Part shown: positions 28,556-36,470 of the stretch, in pieces
Layout: each line of letters opens with the position of its first letter
How positions within the stretch are numbered: the first letter of the stretch is position 1
IMG/VR virus record: IMGVR_UViG_2756170199_000003
Location: 64,001 to 128,000 of that record
Length of the DNA stretch: 64,000 nt
Reading direction: 5' to 3' (one strand)
From: a virus
Lineage: Duplodnaviria; Caudoviricetes
Position numbers and translations under genes: made by a program
Notes under the pieces: generated by a model
What the model was told of the DNA's origin: nothing
Databases searched by the model: none
The model's input: only the letters and a program-made list of their open reading frames with translations

Positions 28556-28689
28556 GCTGCCTCCGTGTGTTTTGCCGTCATGGCGTACACAGGATTGGCG
28601 CCGGGACGCCGCGCGCTGTCGTCTTTGCGCATTGCGTTTCCGCGCGCACACGCACGCGTATAAAGCGTATATATCGAGTATTTCTATAA

Positions 28690-28718
28690 AGAGAAGAGAT
28701 ATGAAATATCTCTTCTCT
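28690..28718. repeat. Perfect 13-bp AT-rich hairpin with GAA loop inside an AT-rich intergenic island
   Basis: AGAGAAGAGATAT-GAA-ATATCTCTTCTCT. Confidence 0.9.
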
Positions 28719-29068
28719 ACGCTGTATACGCTCCTTATGTATACGATAAAGCGATTGCGCGGGCGCGCGTGCGGGCGCGCTGATATCCAGCATTGGTAAT
28801 TTTTTACCAGAAAGAAAACGACGAAAATTCCCCGATCCGCTTATCGCCCCTGAAACGGGGCTAAGCCGATAGCGAGAATACTGCCAGAATCAACGACAAC
28901 GGGCCCACAAGCGGCTCTCGCGGCCTACGCAATACCGATACAGCCACGACTCCTCCCAGCGGCACACAGGGCGTCCCCTGATCATGGCGGCAAGCGGGCA
29001 AGGTCGAGGGGAAAATACCCGCGCCGGCACTCCTGTGCGCATGCCCGTACCCAACTCAACCTGCGCCC

Positions 29069-29872
29069 CTAGCGCGGTCCACCGATCTGCATGCGCAGCG
29101 CCCTCAACCATCGCTCGCCGTCGTTCATGATCGCGATCTTCGCCCACTTCTCCTTCAGGTAATCCTCGTAGTTCTGTTCCGCATCGGCGTAGCTGTCGAT
29201 GATCTCCTTGATCTTGCCCAGATTCTGGCCCCCCCTCAGTTCACCGATGTCGAGCTGCACCGTGTAGGTGTTGTAGATGTAGGACTTGACCGCGTACTCG
29301 ACGAGCTTGCAGAACGCGTGATAGCTGCGCAGCTGGATGTTGTTCAGGTTCTCGTCGTTGGCCACGATGCAGCGCAGGTATGAGTTCGAGGGCACCGTCA
29401 GCACGTCGCGCACGAGCACGACGTTTTCGCCAATGAGTTCGATTCGCGCGGTTGAGGTGATCGGCACCATGCCCATCGCATCCACCACGGCATTGCCGAC
29501 CTGCAGCATCGTGTTGGCCTGGTTAAGCGCCGCGATGCCCACCGACGAAATACGCGTTGGATCGGCGAACGACACATTCAGCACCGTCAGAATGCTCCGA
29601 CCATTGGTTCGTTTCTTCGGAATGCGAAACACGGTGTCAAAGGGCGTCTCCCCGCGCTGGCCACACCCGTCGAGCAGGATCCAGACCTCCGTACCGCCCA
29701 GCAGGTTGCAGTCGATCAGCACACGCGGGCGAACCACCAGACTGATGATCTGGTCTTCGATACCTGCGGTCGTGTCCCGCCAGTATTCCTCCCGCCTGAA
29801 AAACACCACGTGCAGCACCTCTGGTGGAATCCGGTAACGCACGTCGAACACACTTTTTGCGATGGCGTTCAT
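29069..29872 (-). CDS. Conserved jumbo-phage protein (phiKZ gp42-like)
   Basis: MNAI...YRIPPEVL, RPRVLIDCNLLGG, AVKSYIYN, YADAEQNY motifs. Confidence 0.7.
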   Translation of the reverse strand: MNAIAKSVFDVRYRIPPEVLHVVFFRREEYWRDTTAGIEDQIISLVVRPRVLIDCNLLGGTEVWILLDGCGQRGETPFDTVFRIPKKRTNGRSILTVLNVSFADPTRISSVGIAALNQANTMLQVGNAVVDAMGMVPITSTARIELIGENVVLVRDVLTVPSNSYLRCIVANDENLNNIQLRSYHAFCKLVEYAVKSYIYNTYTVQLDIGELRGGQNLGKIKEIIDSYADAEQNYEDYLKEKWAKIAIMNDGERWLRALRMQIGGPR

Positions 29873-29948
29873 AAAGGGGCCTCTTTGCCCCTGCCGCGTC
29901 CTGTGCGGATGGGCAGCGGCCCGAATCAACTTAAAGAAAAGACGGCGA

Positions 29949-29956
29949 TATATCAC
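29949..29956 (+). promoter_or_regulatory. TATATCAC putative phage early promoter
   Basis: Recurrent motif about 50 bp upstream of ATG30009. Confidence 0.6.
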
Positions 29957-30008
29957 CGATGCGGAGTCGATCAGATCTCCACAACATTTCTTTACGGAGG
30001 ACCACGAC

Positions 30009-30350
30009 ATGAACCATGCGATTCAGGAAATGTTTTCCAGTTGTGTGAAGTATTTCGACGCGCTCAGCTATCTGGCCGAACGCAATGCCTCGGTGAGTTT
30101 TGCACGGGTCAATCTGGGCGAGTACTCGGTCGTCCACCTGCGCTGCGGAAACGCCACCGTGATTTCGAGCGAGATCATTCGCGTCTTCGACCGGGAGGGT
30201 AACCCGGTGGATAAGGTCACGCTGCCCTACACGCAGCAACGTGCCTGGTACAAGCGACTCGTCGTCGAGGAAGGCTTTCCCGCTGCGAACCTGATTGAAC
30301 TTCTCGATGAACGCAGTCGCGATTATTTCTGGCGGGAGCGGCTGCAGTAG
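30009..30350 (+). CDS. Hypothetical early protein
   Basis: GGAGG RBS; follows the promoter motif. Confidence 0.6.
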   Translation: MNHAIQEMFSSCVKYFDALSYLAERNASVSFARVNLGEYSVVHLRCGNATVISSEIIRVFDREGNPVDKVTLPYTQQRAWYKRLVVEEGFPAANLIELLDERSRDYFWRERLQ

Positions 30351-30373
30351 GTCAGGGAGTCGTCACACACAAC

Positions 30374-30432
30374 AGCTACGGGATCATGGATGCTGGTTGG
30401 GCAGCATCCATGATCCCGTAGCTATTTTTCTT
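30374..30432 (+). terminator. Long-stem intrinsic terminator
   Basis: 22-bp perfect inverted repeat (30374-30395/30402-30423) followed by ATTTTTCTT. Confidence 0.75.
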
Positions 30433-30467
30433 CGCAATCCGAACTCATACACAAGGACCAATACGCT

Positions 30468-30824
30468 ATGTTTGCCAAGATGCTGATGGGCGCTGCCAAG
30501 GAAAACCGCCACGTTGGAGTTCCCCGTTCCATAGTCGAGGGTGAACACATCGAATTCTCGTACGACCTTCATGGACGGCCTTTCATGAAGGTCTGGCGTT
30601 TCGGGAGCTGCGAGGAGCTCCCCGTGTTCGGCGACGTCTACCTCATGTCCGGAACCGGCGAGACCATCGATCGTTTCAGCCCGCCGCTGAATTTTGTTGG
30701 TCGCGGCGCCGACGGCTGGAAAGACCGCCCCGGCGATTCAAAATCGCCTCCCGACCACACACCGCCGCCGGCGAACCTCCCATCCGTTCCACGGTTGCTT
30801 ACAGGACTAACCCGTCATGTGTGA
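30468..30824 (+). CDS. Hypothetical protein
   Basis: AAGGA RBS; VYLMSGTGETID motif common in small phage proteins. Confidence 0.55.
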   Translation: MFAKMLMGAAKENRHVGVPRSIVEGEHIEFSYDLHGRPFMKVWRFGSCEELPVFGDVYLMSGTGETIDRFSPPLNFVGRGADGWKDRPGDSKSPPDHTPPPANLPSVPRLLTGLTRHV

Positions 30825-31311
30825 CTACCCGCGCAAGATCATCGTGCTGCGGCACGCCGAACCTACCATCGAGCCATGGAGCCAGCGTCTGTCATCGATC
30901 GGCCGCGAGCGTGCCGCATCGCTCGCCACGTATATTCCCCGAAATTTTGGCAAGCCAGACGTTATCTTCGCACTCGCCCCTACAACCGGCCTGCACCCGC
31001 TGCTCACGGTCCTACCATTGTGGCAGGACCTTGATGACGTTCCGCTGGACGTCTCCTGCGACAGCGACGAGATCCGTGTGCTGGCGCGCTATATCGTCAG
31101 GCAGGGCGAGCCGATTCCCGGCAGCCGCTTCGCCGGTCGCAATGTACTGATCTGCTGGGATCCGAAGGGGCTGCCGGCGCTCATGATGGCGCTCGGTGCA
31201 TCGACACAAACTTTCCGCGATCCGTGGCCTGAGAGCGATTTCAACAGCATTTACGTCCTCACTCGCGACAACGAGCGCGTGATCAACACGCGTTACGAAA
31301 TGATATTCTGA
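30817..31311 (+). CDS. Histidine phosphatase superfamily (phosphoglycerate mutase-like) protein
   Basis: IIVLRHAEP motif, LSSIGRERA, VLICW..., WPESDFNSI. Confidence 0.75.
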   Translation: MCDYPRKIIVLRHAEPTIEPWSQRLSSIGRERAASLATYIPRNFGKPDVIFALAPTTGLHPLLTVLPLWQDLDDVPLDVSCDSDEIRVLARYIVRQGEPIPGSRFAGRNVLICWDPKGLPALMMALGASTQTFRDPWPESDFNSIYVLTRDNERVINTRYEMIF

Positions 31312-31378
31312 GAAGTCCGTTCCTGCGAGTGGTGTCAACCACGGAAACGGTATAACCCTGTTTCGGATGGAGTAAATA

Positions 31379-31678
31379 ATGACAGACAACGAAGAATTTT
31401 ACGATGCGGAGATAGGGCCTGCCATTCTCGAGATCATGAACAAGTGCAAGGCGCGGGGAATGTCTTTTGTCGCTCTTGTCGAATACGCTCCCGGCAAGCG
31501 AGAACGCTCGACTTTTCTACCGTCCGATGCGGGAATCGAGATGATTATGGCTGAGCTGTGCGCGAGAAACGGGCCGTATCTCGACGCCTACGTTGCGGAC
31601 GTCAATGCCTATGCGAAGAAGAACCATATTGACACGACTGACAGCTTCATTCTGCAGCGCATGCGTGGCCTCACCTAG
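31379..31678 (+). CDS. Hypothetical protein
   Basis: GGAG RBS; EEFYDAEIGPAIL motif. Confidence 0.6.
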   Translation: MTDNEEFYDAEIGPAILEIMNKCKARGMSFVALVEYAPGKRERSTFLPSDAGIEMIMAELCARNGPYLDAYVADVNAYAKKNHIDTTDSFILQRMRGLT

Positions 31679-31846
31679 CAGTGGGGTAGCGATGATACTC
31701 GCAGTTGCGGCGAGATAGCATGTTTTCTACGATACCGGCGTTGCCTCTCGTCGCCCGTTACCTGCTTAAGTTCCGCCTCCAGCACGTGATCGTGCCGCCG
31801 TAGGGCGGCACGCCATTCCGACCTTCTTTTGTTCGAGGACCGCTCA

Positions 31847-32305
31847 ATGTTTAGGCAGGCCACGCTCATTCAGGACGTGACCCTCTACCGCGCGAGTCTG
31901 GCGCCCACGCTCACCGGACTCGTGATCCAGTATGCCCAGGCGGGCTGCGTCGAAGAGGAGGCTCTGGAATGGATCGTCGCCCATCAGATCGAAGAGTGCT
32001 ACTGCATGGTGATCGCCAATCACCACCGCAACTATCGCACCTATTCCGAGCTGCACGACAGGCTCAGGCACGCACTGCCCTTCCCGCTCGAGCGTCTCAC
32101 GCGACACCTCATCAAGGTACCCGACATCTATGGAGACCAGACGCTCACGATGCGGCTCACGCGGCGCGACCTGTTCCTTTACTACCACCTGGAAACCCGA
32201 CCGGTTCTTCCCGATCATGACCCAACGTATCGAATATCCGGTCATCAGGTCGCTGGTGATCGATCCCATCCCGACCGCCCTGATTATCGAAAGAGTCCTT
32301 GGTGA
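31847..32305 (+). CDS. Small jumbo-phage protein, member of tandem array
   Basis: GAGG RBS; first gene of a translationally coupled run upstream of the gp49/gp50-like genes. Confidence 0.6.
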   Translation: MFRQATLIQDVTLYRASLAPTLTGLVIQYAQAGCVEEEALEWIVAHQIEECYCMVIANHHRNYRTYSELHDRLRHALPFPLERLTRHLIKVPDIYGDQTLTMRLTRRDLFLYYHLETRPVLPDHDPTYRISGHQVAGDRSHPDRPDYRKSPW

Positions 32306-32864
32306 CTACCTGATCCCGGCGCCGGCGGGAATCTACACGCTTGGCGGCATTACGCCGGTGATGCTGCCCGAACGAACGTATTACCAGGAAGGTCCGGGCC
32401 AGCGCCGGCAGGTTCAGTGCATCGAGGACATCGTGCCAGGCCTGCCCGTCTTCGACGACGACGGCGATATTGCGGTCGCCGTCTCGCAGATTCCCTTCCT
32501 CTCCCACGTCTCGCCATGGCCCGTGCGTGCGATCGAGGCCGTGGAGCGCACCTTGCGTAACGTGCTCAATCACTACGGCGACCCGGATGAACGCCGTCAC
32601 AACACCGATCCCTGCGCCCTTTACCTTGATCTCGTGCAACCCGAGTTCCGCAAAAACCTCGACATCGTCGACCAGATCCTGCTGCTGGTAAGCAGCTTGC
32701 GCAGTCAGGTAAAAGATTTCGCAGGCAACGACCGGTGGATTATTCATTTTCTCAGGCGCCAGCGTACTACGATGATTATTGAACAATCCATAGACTGGCG
32801 TATCGTCCAGTACTACAGGCTCTGTGATCAGCTCAGTGATCGCAGCAGGGAGCGGAAGCGATGA
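32217..32864 (+). CDS. Hypothetical jumbo-phage protein
   Basis: 215-aa ORF in a coupled operon; ends DWRIVQY. Confidence 0.6.
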   Translation: MTQRIEYPVIRSLVIDPIPTALIIERVLGDYLIPAPAGIYTLGGITPVMLPERTYYQEGPGQRRQVQCIEDIVPGLPVFDDDGDIAVAVSQIPFLSHVSPWPVRAIEAVERTLRNVLNHYGDPDERRHNTDPCALYLDLVQPEFRKNLDIVDQILLLVSSLRSQVKDFAGNDRWIIHFLRRQRTTMIIEQSIDWRIVQYYRLCDQLSDRSRERKR

Positions 32865-33340
32865 GCGAGGCAATCGCGCGATATCATCAAGCCCCGACCA
32901 CGAGCGCGACGACACTCATCTCGCTGGCCGAAGCAGTCACTTTGCTGCGCCACCGTATCCGCGAGCTTCTTGAGCGCGACGAATCGGGCTGGGCGTTTGA
33001 AAACCTGCGATATCTTCCCGATGGACAGATCGACGTGTCGAACTACCTGGCCGTTCTGCTTTCGGAGATTCTCACAGGTGGCCGCAGTTATATGAGGCAT
33101 GCCAGTCCCGCAAGCGAGAGTCAGTCGATCCTGTGCCACATGGGGATCGATGAGGAATGCGCGCGCGAGCTCAATCAGGAAATGTTCGCCGCAGCGCTTG
33201 AGCGCATCGTCAAGCACCTGCCGCAGGCCGCGTTCAACGATCGTGGCGAGTACGACTTCCTGCTCACCCGGTTTGACCTCATCGCAATCCGGACGCTGAA
33301 CCGGCCGAAACCACCTACCCAAGCAAAGCGAGTGCCATGA
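32861..33340 (+). CDS. Small jumbo-phage protein, member of tandem array
   Basis: ATGA overlap with the upstream gene. Confidence 0.6.
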   Translation: MSEAIARYHQAPTTSATTLISLAEAVTLLRHRIRELLERDESGWAFENLRYLPDGQIDVSNYLAVLLSEILTGGRSYMRHASPASESQSILCHMGIDEECARELNQEMFAAALERIVKHLPQAAFNDRGEYDFLLTRFDLIAIRTLNRPKPPTQAKRVP

Positions 33341-33780
33341 AAGCAATCGTGCTCGGCACGCGCGCCCTTGTCGAGGAGTACGAGCCCTACGAGCCATTCT
33401 TCGGGTTCTACGAGCACGGTATCCGTGATCTCGTGAAAGAGGCCGTGCTCATCCACTCGACGACGAGCCCGTTTGCAAGGAGCTATCACCCCAAAGGTCT
33501 GGTCGAGAAGGTCATATCGGATTTCGGCTATGCGTTTGACTGCTATCGCGACTCGTGCGATGAGGTGGACGCCGTACCGCTGTATGACGAGCAGTTCCTG
33601 ACACGCAATCTCGATGTTATCCGCTATGCCGCGCACTGCGTGGAGGATGCGGTCGCGAGTCTCTTCCGGCCCCACCTGCCGACACGCTATTTCGAGGTGG
33701 TGGACGACCATCAGGGCGAGGCGCTACGCCCGCGCTGGATCGGCTCCGATCTGCTCGTGCATGTGCGTCTGCTCAGTTAG
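33337..33780 (+). CDS. Small jumbo-phage protein, member of tandem array
   Basis: ATGA overlap; AIVLGT start and WIGSDLLV end. Confidence 0.6.
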   Translation: MKAIVLGTRALVEEYEPYEPFFGFYEHGIRDLVKEAVLIHSTTSPFARSYHPKGLVEKVISDFGYAFDCYRDSCDEVDAVPLYDEQFLTRNLDVIRYAAHCVEDAVASLFRPHLPTRYFEVVDDHQGEALRPRWIGSDLLVHVRLLS

Positions 33781-33794
33781 CCGGGGAGGACCGC

Positions 33795-34202
33795 ATGGAT
33801 TACGCAACGAGTCCGTCTGGCAATGTGTTGCCATGCATGGTGATGGACGCACCGTCCGAATTGCGCAGGCTCAGGGCGTGGATCGAGGACGTTTCGAGAC
33901 CCACAGTCGATATTGATGCGTTCTACAGCCAGATTTTCCACTGCCTCACGCTTGCCGGCCAGGATGCGCTCTCCGATCTCCATCAGTTCGCCAATGACGT
34001 TGGCTACGGCGATGCGCTCTACGGCCAGCATGCACTGCTGCGTCACGAACAGCACGCGGTCGCGATGCTCGTGGTCGCAGCGGGCGAAGCGCTCTACGCC
34101 GAACTGAACGCCCGGTGCCTCTATCAGGACGATGGCGTCTTTCCCTACTACTTCATAACCTGTCACGGCAATGGGCTACTCATTTTCGAAAACTTCGACT
34201 GA
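33795..34202 (+). CDS. Small jumbo-phage protein, member of tandem array
   Basis: GGAGG RBS; LYQDDGVFPYYF..HGNGLLI end. Confidence 0.6.
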   Translation: MDYATSPSGNVLPCMVMDAPSELRRLRAWIEDVSRPTVDIDAFYSQIFHCLTLAGQDALSDLHQFANDVGYGDALYGQHALLRHEQHAVAMLVVAAGEALYAELNARCLYQDDGVFPYYFITCHGNGLLIFENFD

Positions 34203-34695
34203 TCCGGACAGCGTGATTCTCGAGACGCGTCCGCTTCTTCACGATCTCTTTACCCGCTACCCCGATCTTGAAGAAAGCTATGAGGACTTCATTGGCCGCA
34301 TTATCGATTGTCTGGCCTACGAGAAGCGCGCACCCGATCGCCTTGCAGATATGTGCACGCAGATGGTGCAGGACGCGTTGCGCTTTGTCCCCCAGCAGGA
34401 CGACGCGGCAGGCCTCTCCAGAGCCGATGAGGACCGTGAGGGCAGGCGTCGCATTGACGCGGTCATCCGCATGTCCAACGAGATGTACCGCGTTGGCATG
34501 CAGTTCTACGAACTCATCGTGCATCTCGGACTCTACCGGGACGGTTACCTTCACTATGAGTTCAGTGACCTCGTGGGCCACGCCGTTATCCTGCAACGCC
34601 TGATGGTGCCACTGCTCGTGCTGCGCGGGCCGGTCGACTATCTGACCGACGAGGAACTCTGGGCCTGGAGCGACACCATCCGGCGCCACCACTGA
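34171..34695 (+). CDS. Small jumbo-phage protein, member of tandem array
   Basis: VILETRPL start; GLYRDGYLHYEFSDLVGHAVIL. Confidence 0.6.
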   Translation: MGYSFSKTSTDPDSVILETRPLLHDLFTRYPDLEESYEDFIGRIIDCLAYEKRAPDRLADMCTQMVQDALRFVPQQDDAAGLSRADEDREGRRRIDAVIRMSNEMYRVGMQFYELIVHLGLYRDGYLHYEFSDLVGHAVILQRLMVPLLVLRGPVDYLTDEELWAWSDTIRRHH

Positions 34696-34705
34696 AGGTG
34701 TTGCC

Positions 34706-35131
34706 ATGTCCGGCCGTGAATCCGACGCGCACTATCCTGCACACGTGGTGTTGCCCACCGCGGATCTCGTCAAGACATTTCGCCGGCAGTTGCAGGGAGT
34801 AAAGCTCTCGCGGGAGGGCTTCGAGGAAATCGTCAGGCAGGTGCTGGATGTGTTCATGCAGTGGGAGGCAGAGCACGACCTGCATAACTTCGAGCACCGT
34901 CTGGCCGCCCTGCCCGACATTCATCGTCTGACACTACCCGAGCTTGAAGAGGATCCGACCCACACGATCCACATCCGGCTCATCAACGCCACGCAGTCTT
35001 TCGCGCACCAATTCTTTGAGCGCCTGAAGACGCGTGGCCTCTTCCCTGCTAACGCCCCCATGGCGGACCTGGATTACGCCTTCGACTGTTTTCTTGGCGA
35101 CGACATCGTGCTGTTTCATTGCCCGTTCTGA
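34706..35131 (+). CDS. Small jumbo-phage protein, member of tandem array
   Basis: VVLPTADL start; YAFDCFLGDDIVL end. Confidence 0.6.
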   Translation: MSGRESDAHYPAHVVLPTADLVKTFRRQLQGVKLSREGFEEIVRQVLDVFMQWEAEHDLHNFEHRLAALPDIHRLTLPELEEDPTHTIHIRLINATQSFAHQFFERLKTRGLFPANAPMADLDYAFDCFLGDDIVLFHCPF

Positions 35132-35145
35132 AAACGCGAGGCGTC

Positions 35146-35553
35146 ATGTCGTATGACTACCAGATTGGACAGGTCCTCACCTTCGACGTATATCCAGCTC
35201 CGGTACTCGGCAACAACTTCCAGAATGTCACTGTGCAGGGCATTCTCGATCAGGAAAGCGCCAACCAGGTCATCGACACGGTCGGCCTGCACATCAAGGT
35301 CTGGCCGTGGCTCGAACCGCAGGGCACGCCCAACGATCCGTCCCAGTACAACTACATCAAGGTCAAGACACAATCCGGATCCGTGACGGCACTTGGCATG
35401 CCATGGATCAACGAAAGCACCATTCAGGCCACCACGAGCCAAACGATAACGGCGCTGATCAGCAACGTGACGGCGAACGACATTCAGGGCGTGCAGAACG
35501 CACTGATCAGTAACGGCTACACGGCCATTCACGTTTCCATTTCCGTTACCTGA
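35146..35553 (+). CDS. Conserved jumbo-phage protein (phiKZ gp49-like)
   Basis: GTPNDPSQYNYIKVK and GMPWINESTI motifs; normally adjacent to the gp50 polymerase. Confidence 0.7.
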   Translation: MSYDYQIGQVLTFDVYPAPVLGNNFQNVTVQGILDQESANQVIDTVGLHIKVWPWLEPQGTPNDPSQYNYIKVKTQSGSVTALGMPWINESTIQATTSQTITALISNVTANDIQGVQNALISNGYTAIHVSISVT

Positions 35554-35875
35554 TGCGGCGGACGACAAGCCGCCACATCACGCTCTGGACATTTTTTACG
35601 CGCAACCTGCATGATCTGCAGGGCGCGTCACTTCGTGCGCAACGTCAGGATGCTGGTGATTTTGGGTGGAAGAAGGGCATGGGCAATGTCCGGGTTGCCT
35701 GCTGGTCGACGCGATGTCACCGCGGGAACTTCAATGGGGATTGGAGAGATGCCACTGGAGACGGCGCGCTCTCGCGCCGGCTTCATTCGAGCGCGATCTT
35801 ATCCTTGGGGTCGCCAGATGGAACCGGGCGTGATGGTGCCCGGCCGGCGGATGATCCGTCGTCTCCTGTCGCTCG

Positions 35876-35907
35876 AGGTGGGCCTCGCGGCCCACCTCTT
35901 TTTTTTG
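35876..35907 (+). terminator. Intrinsic terminator
   Basis: AGGTGGGCC/GGCCCACCT stem followed by a long T-run. Confidence 0.7.
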
Positions 35908-36423
35908 CTACCTGCGCGCACCTTGGGATGGACTGGTTTCTTTACGTGAGGGACGCGACGCTTCGCCTGAAGCCAGCATCGTGCCGCGGCAGCCTAGCGC
36001 ACCGCACCGGCAGGCATACTGCGCGCGCGTGGCACGGGACGTCCGTACCGGCAGCTCCAGCGCGTAGTCGATAAAGAGCTCTTCGCCTGCGGCAATGCTG
36101 CGCGTCGCCTCGATATAGACGCGCCCGTTGTCCTCTACCGCCTCGCAGTTCGCGCTGCAGGCGTGATTGAGCCATCGCACCGTGTTACCACCGCGGCCGC
36201 CATCGATCACCCGCCCGTCGGCAAGTCCAAAGAGAAACGTGTGGGCTTCGTGCTCGCGTTTCGAGTGAAAGCGCATCGCCTCGGTCCAGCTTGTCACAAA
36301 CCCCTTGTATTGCGCGATGCGGTCACCTGCGGCCAGTGCCCGCTGTGCAAACACCCCCCTGCCGTGAACTGGCGAGTGTCGCACCACGAACCGCCTTACG
36401 TTGGACGTCAGTTCCCGTTTCAT
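35908..36423 (-). CDS. SET-domain protein-lysine methyltransferase with post-SET cysteines
   Basis: HGRGVFA, RWLNHACSANC, GEELFIDY, CRCG..GCRG. Confidence 0.92.
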   Translation of the reverse strand: MKRELTSNVRRFVVRHSPVHGRGVFAQRALAAGDRIAQYKGFVTSWTEAMRFHSKREHEAHTFLFGLADGRVIDGGRGGNTVRWLNHACSANCEAVEDNGRVYIEATRSIAAGEELFIDYALELPVRTSRATRAQYACRCGALGCRGTMLASGEASRPSRKETSPSQGARR

Positions 36424-36470
36424 TTTTACCTGCCGTGCTCATGCTGTGTCAGCCTGGATGGAGAGCAGAC

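Noticed and set aside
35553-35949. ORFs 35553-36074 and 35611-35949
   Set aside because: No RBS, atypical composition, and both run through a clear terminator and into the SET gene.
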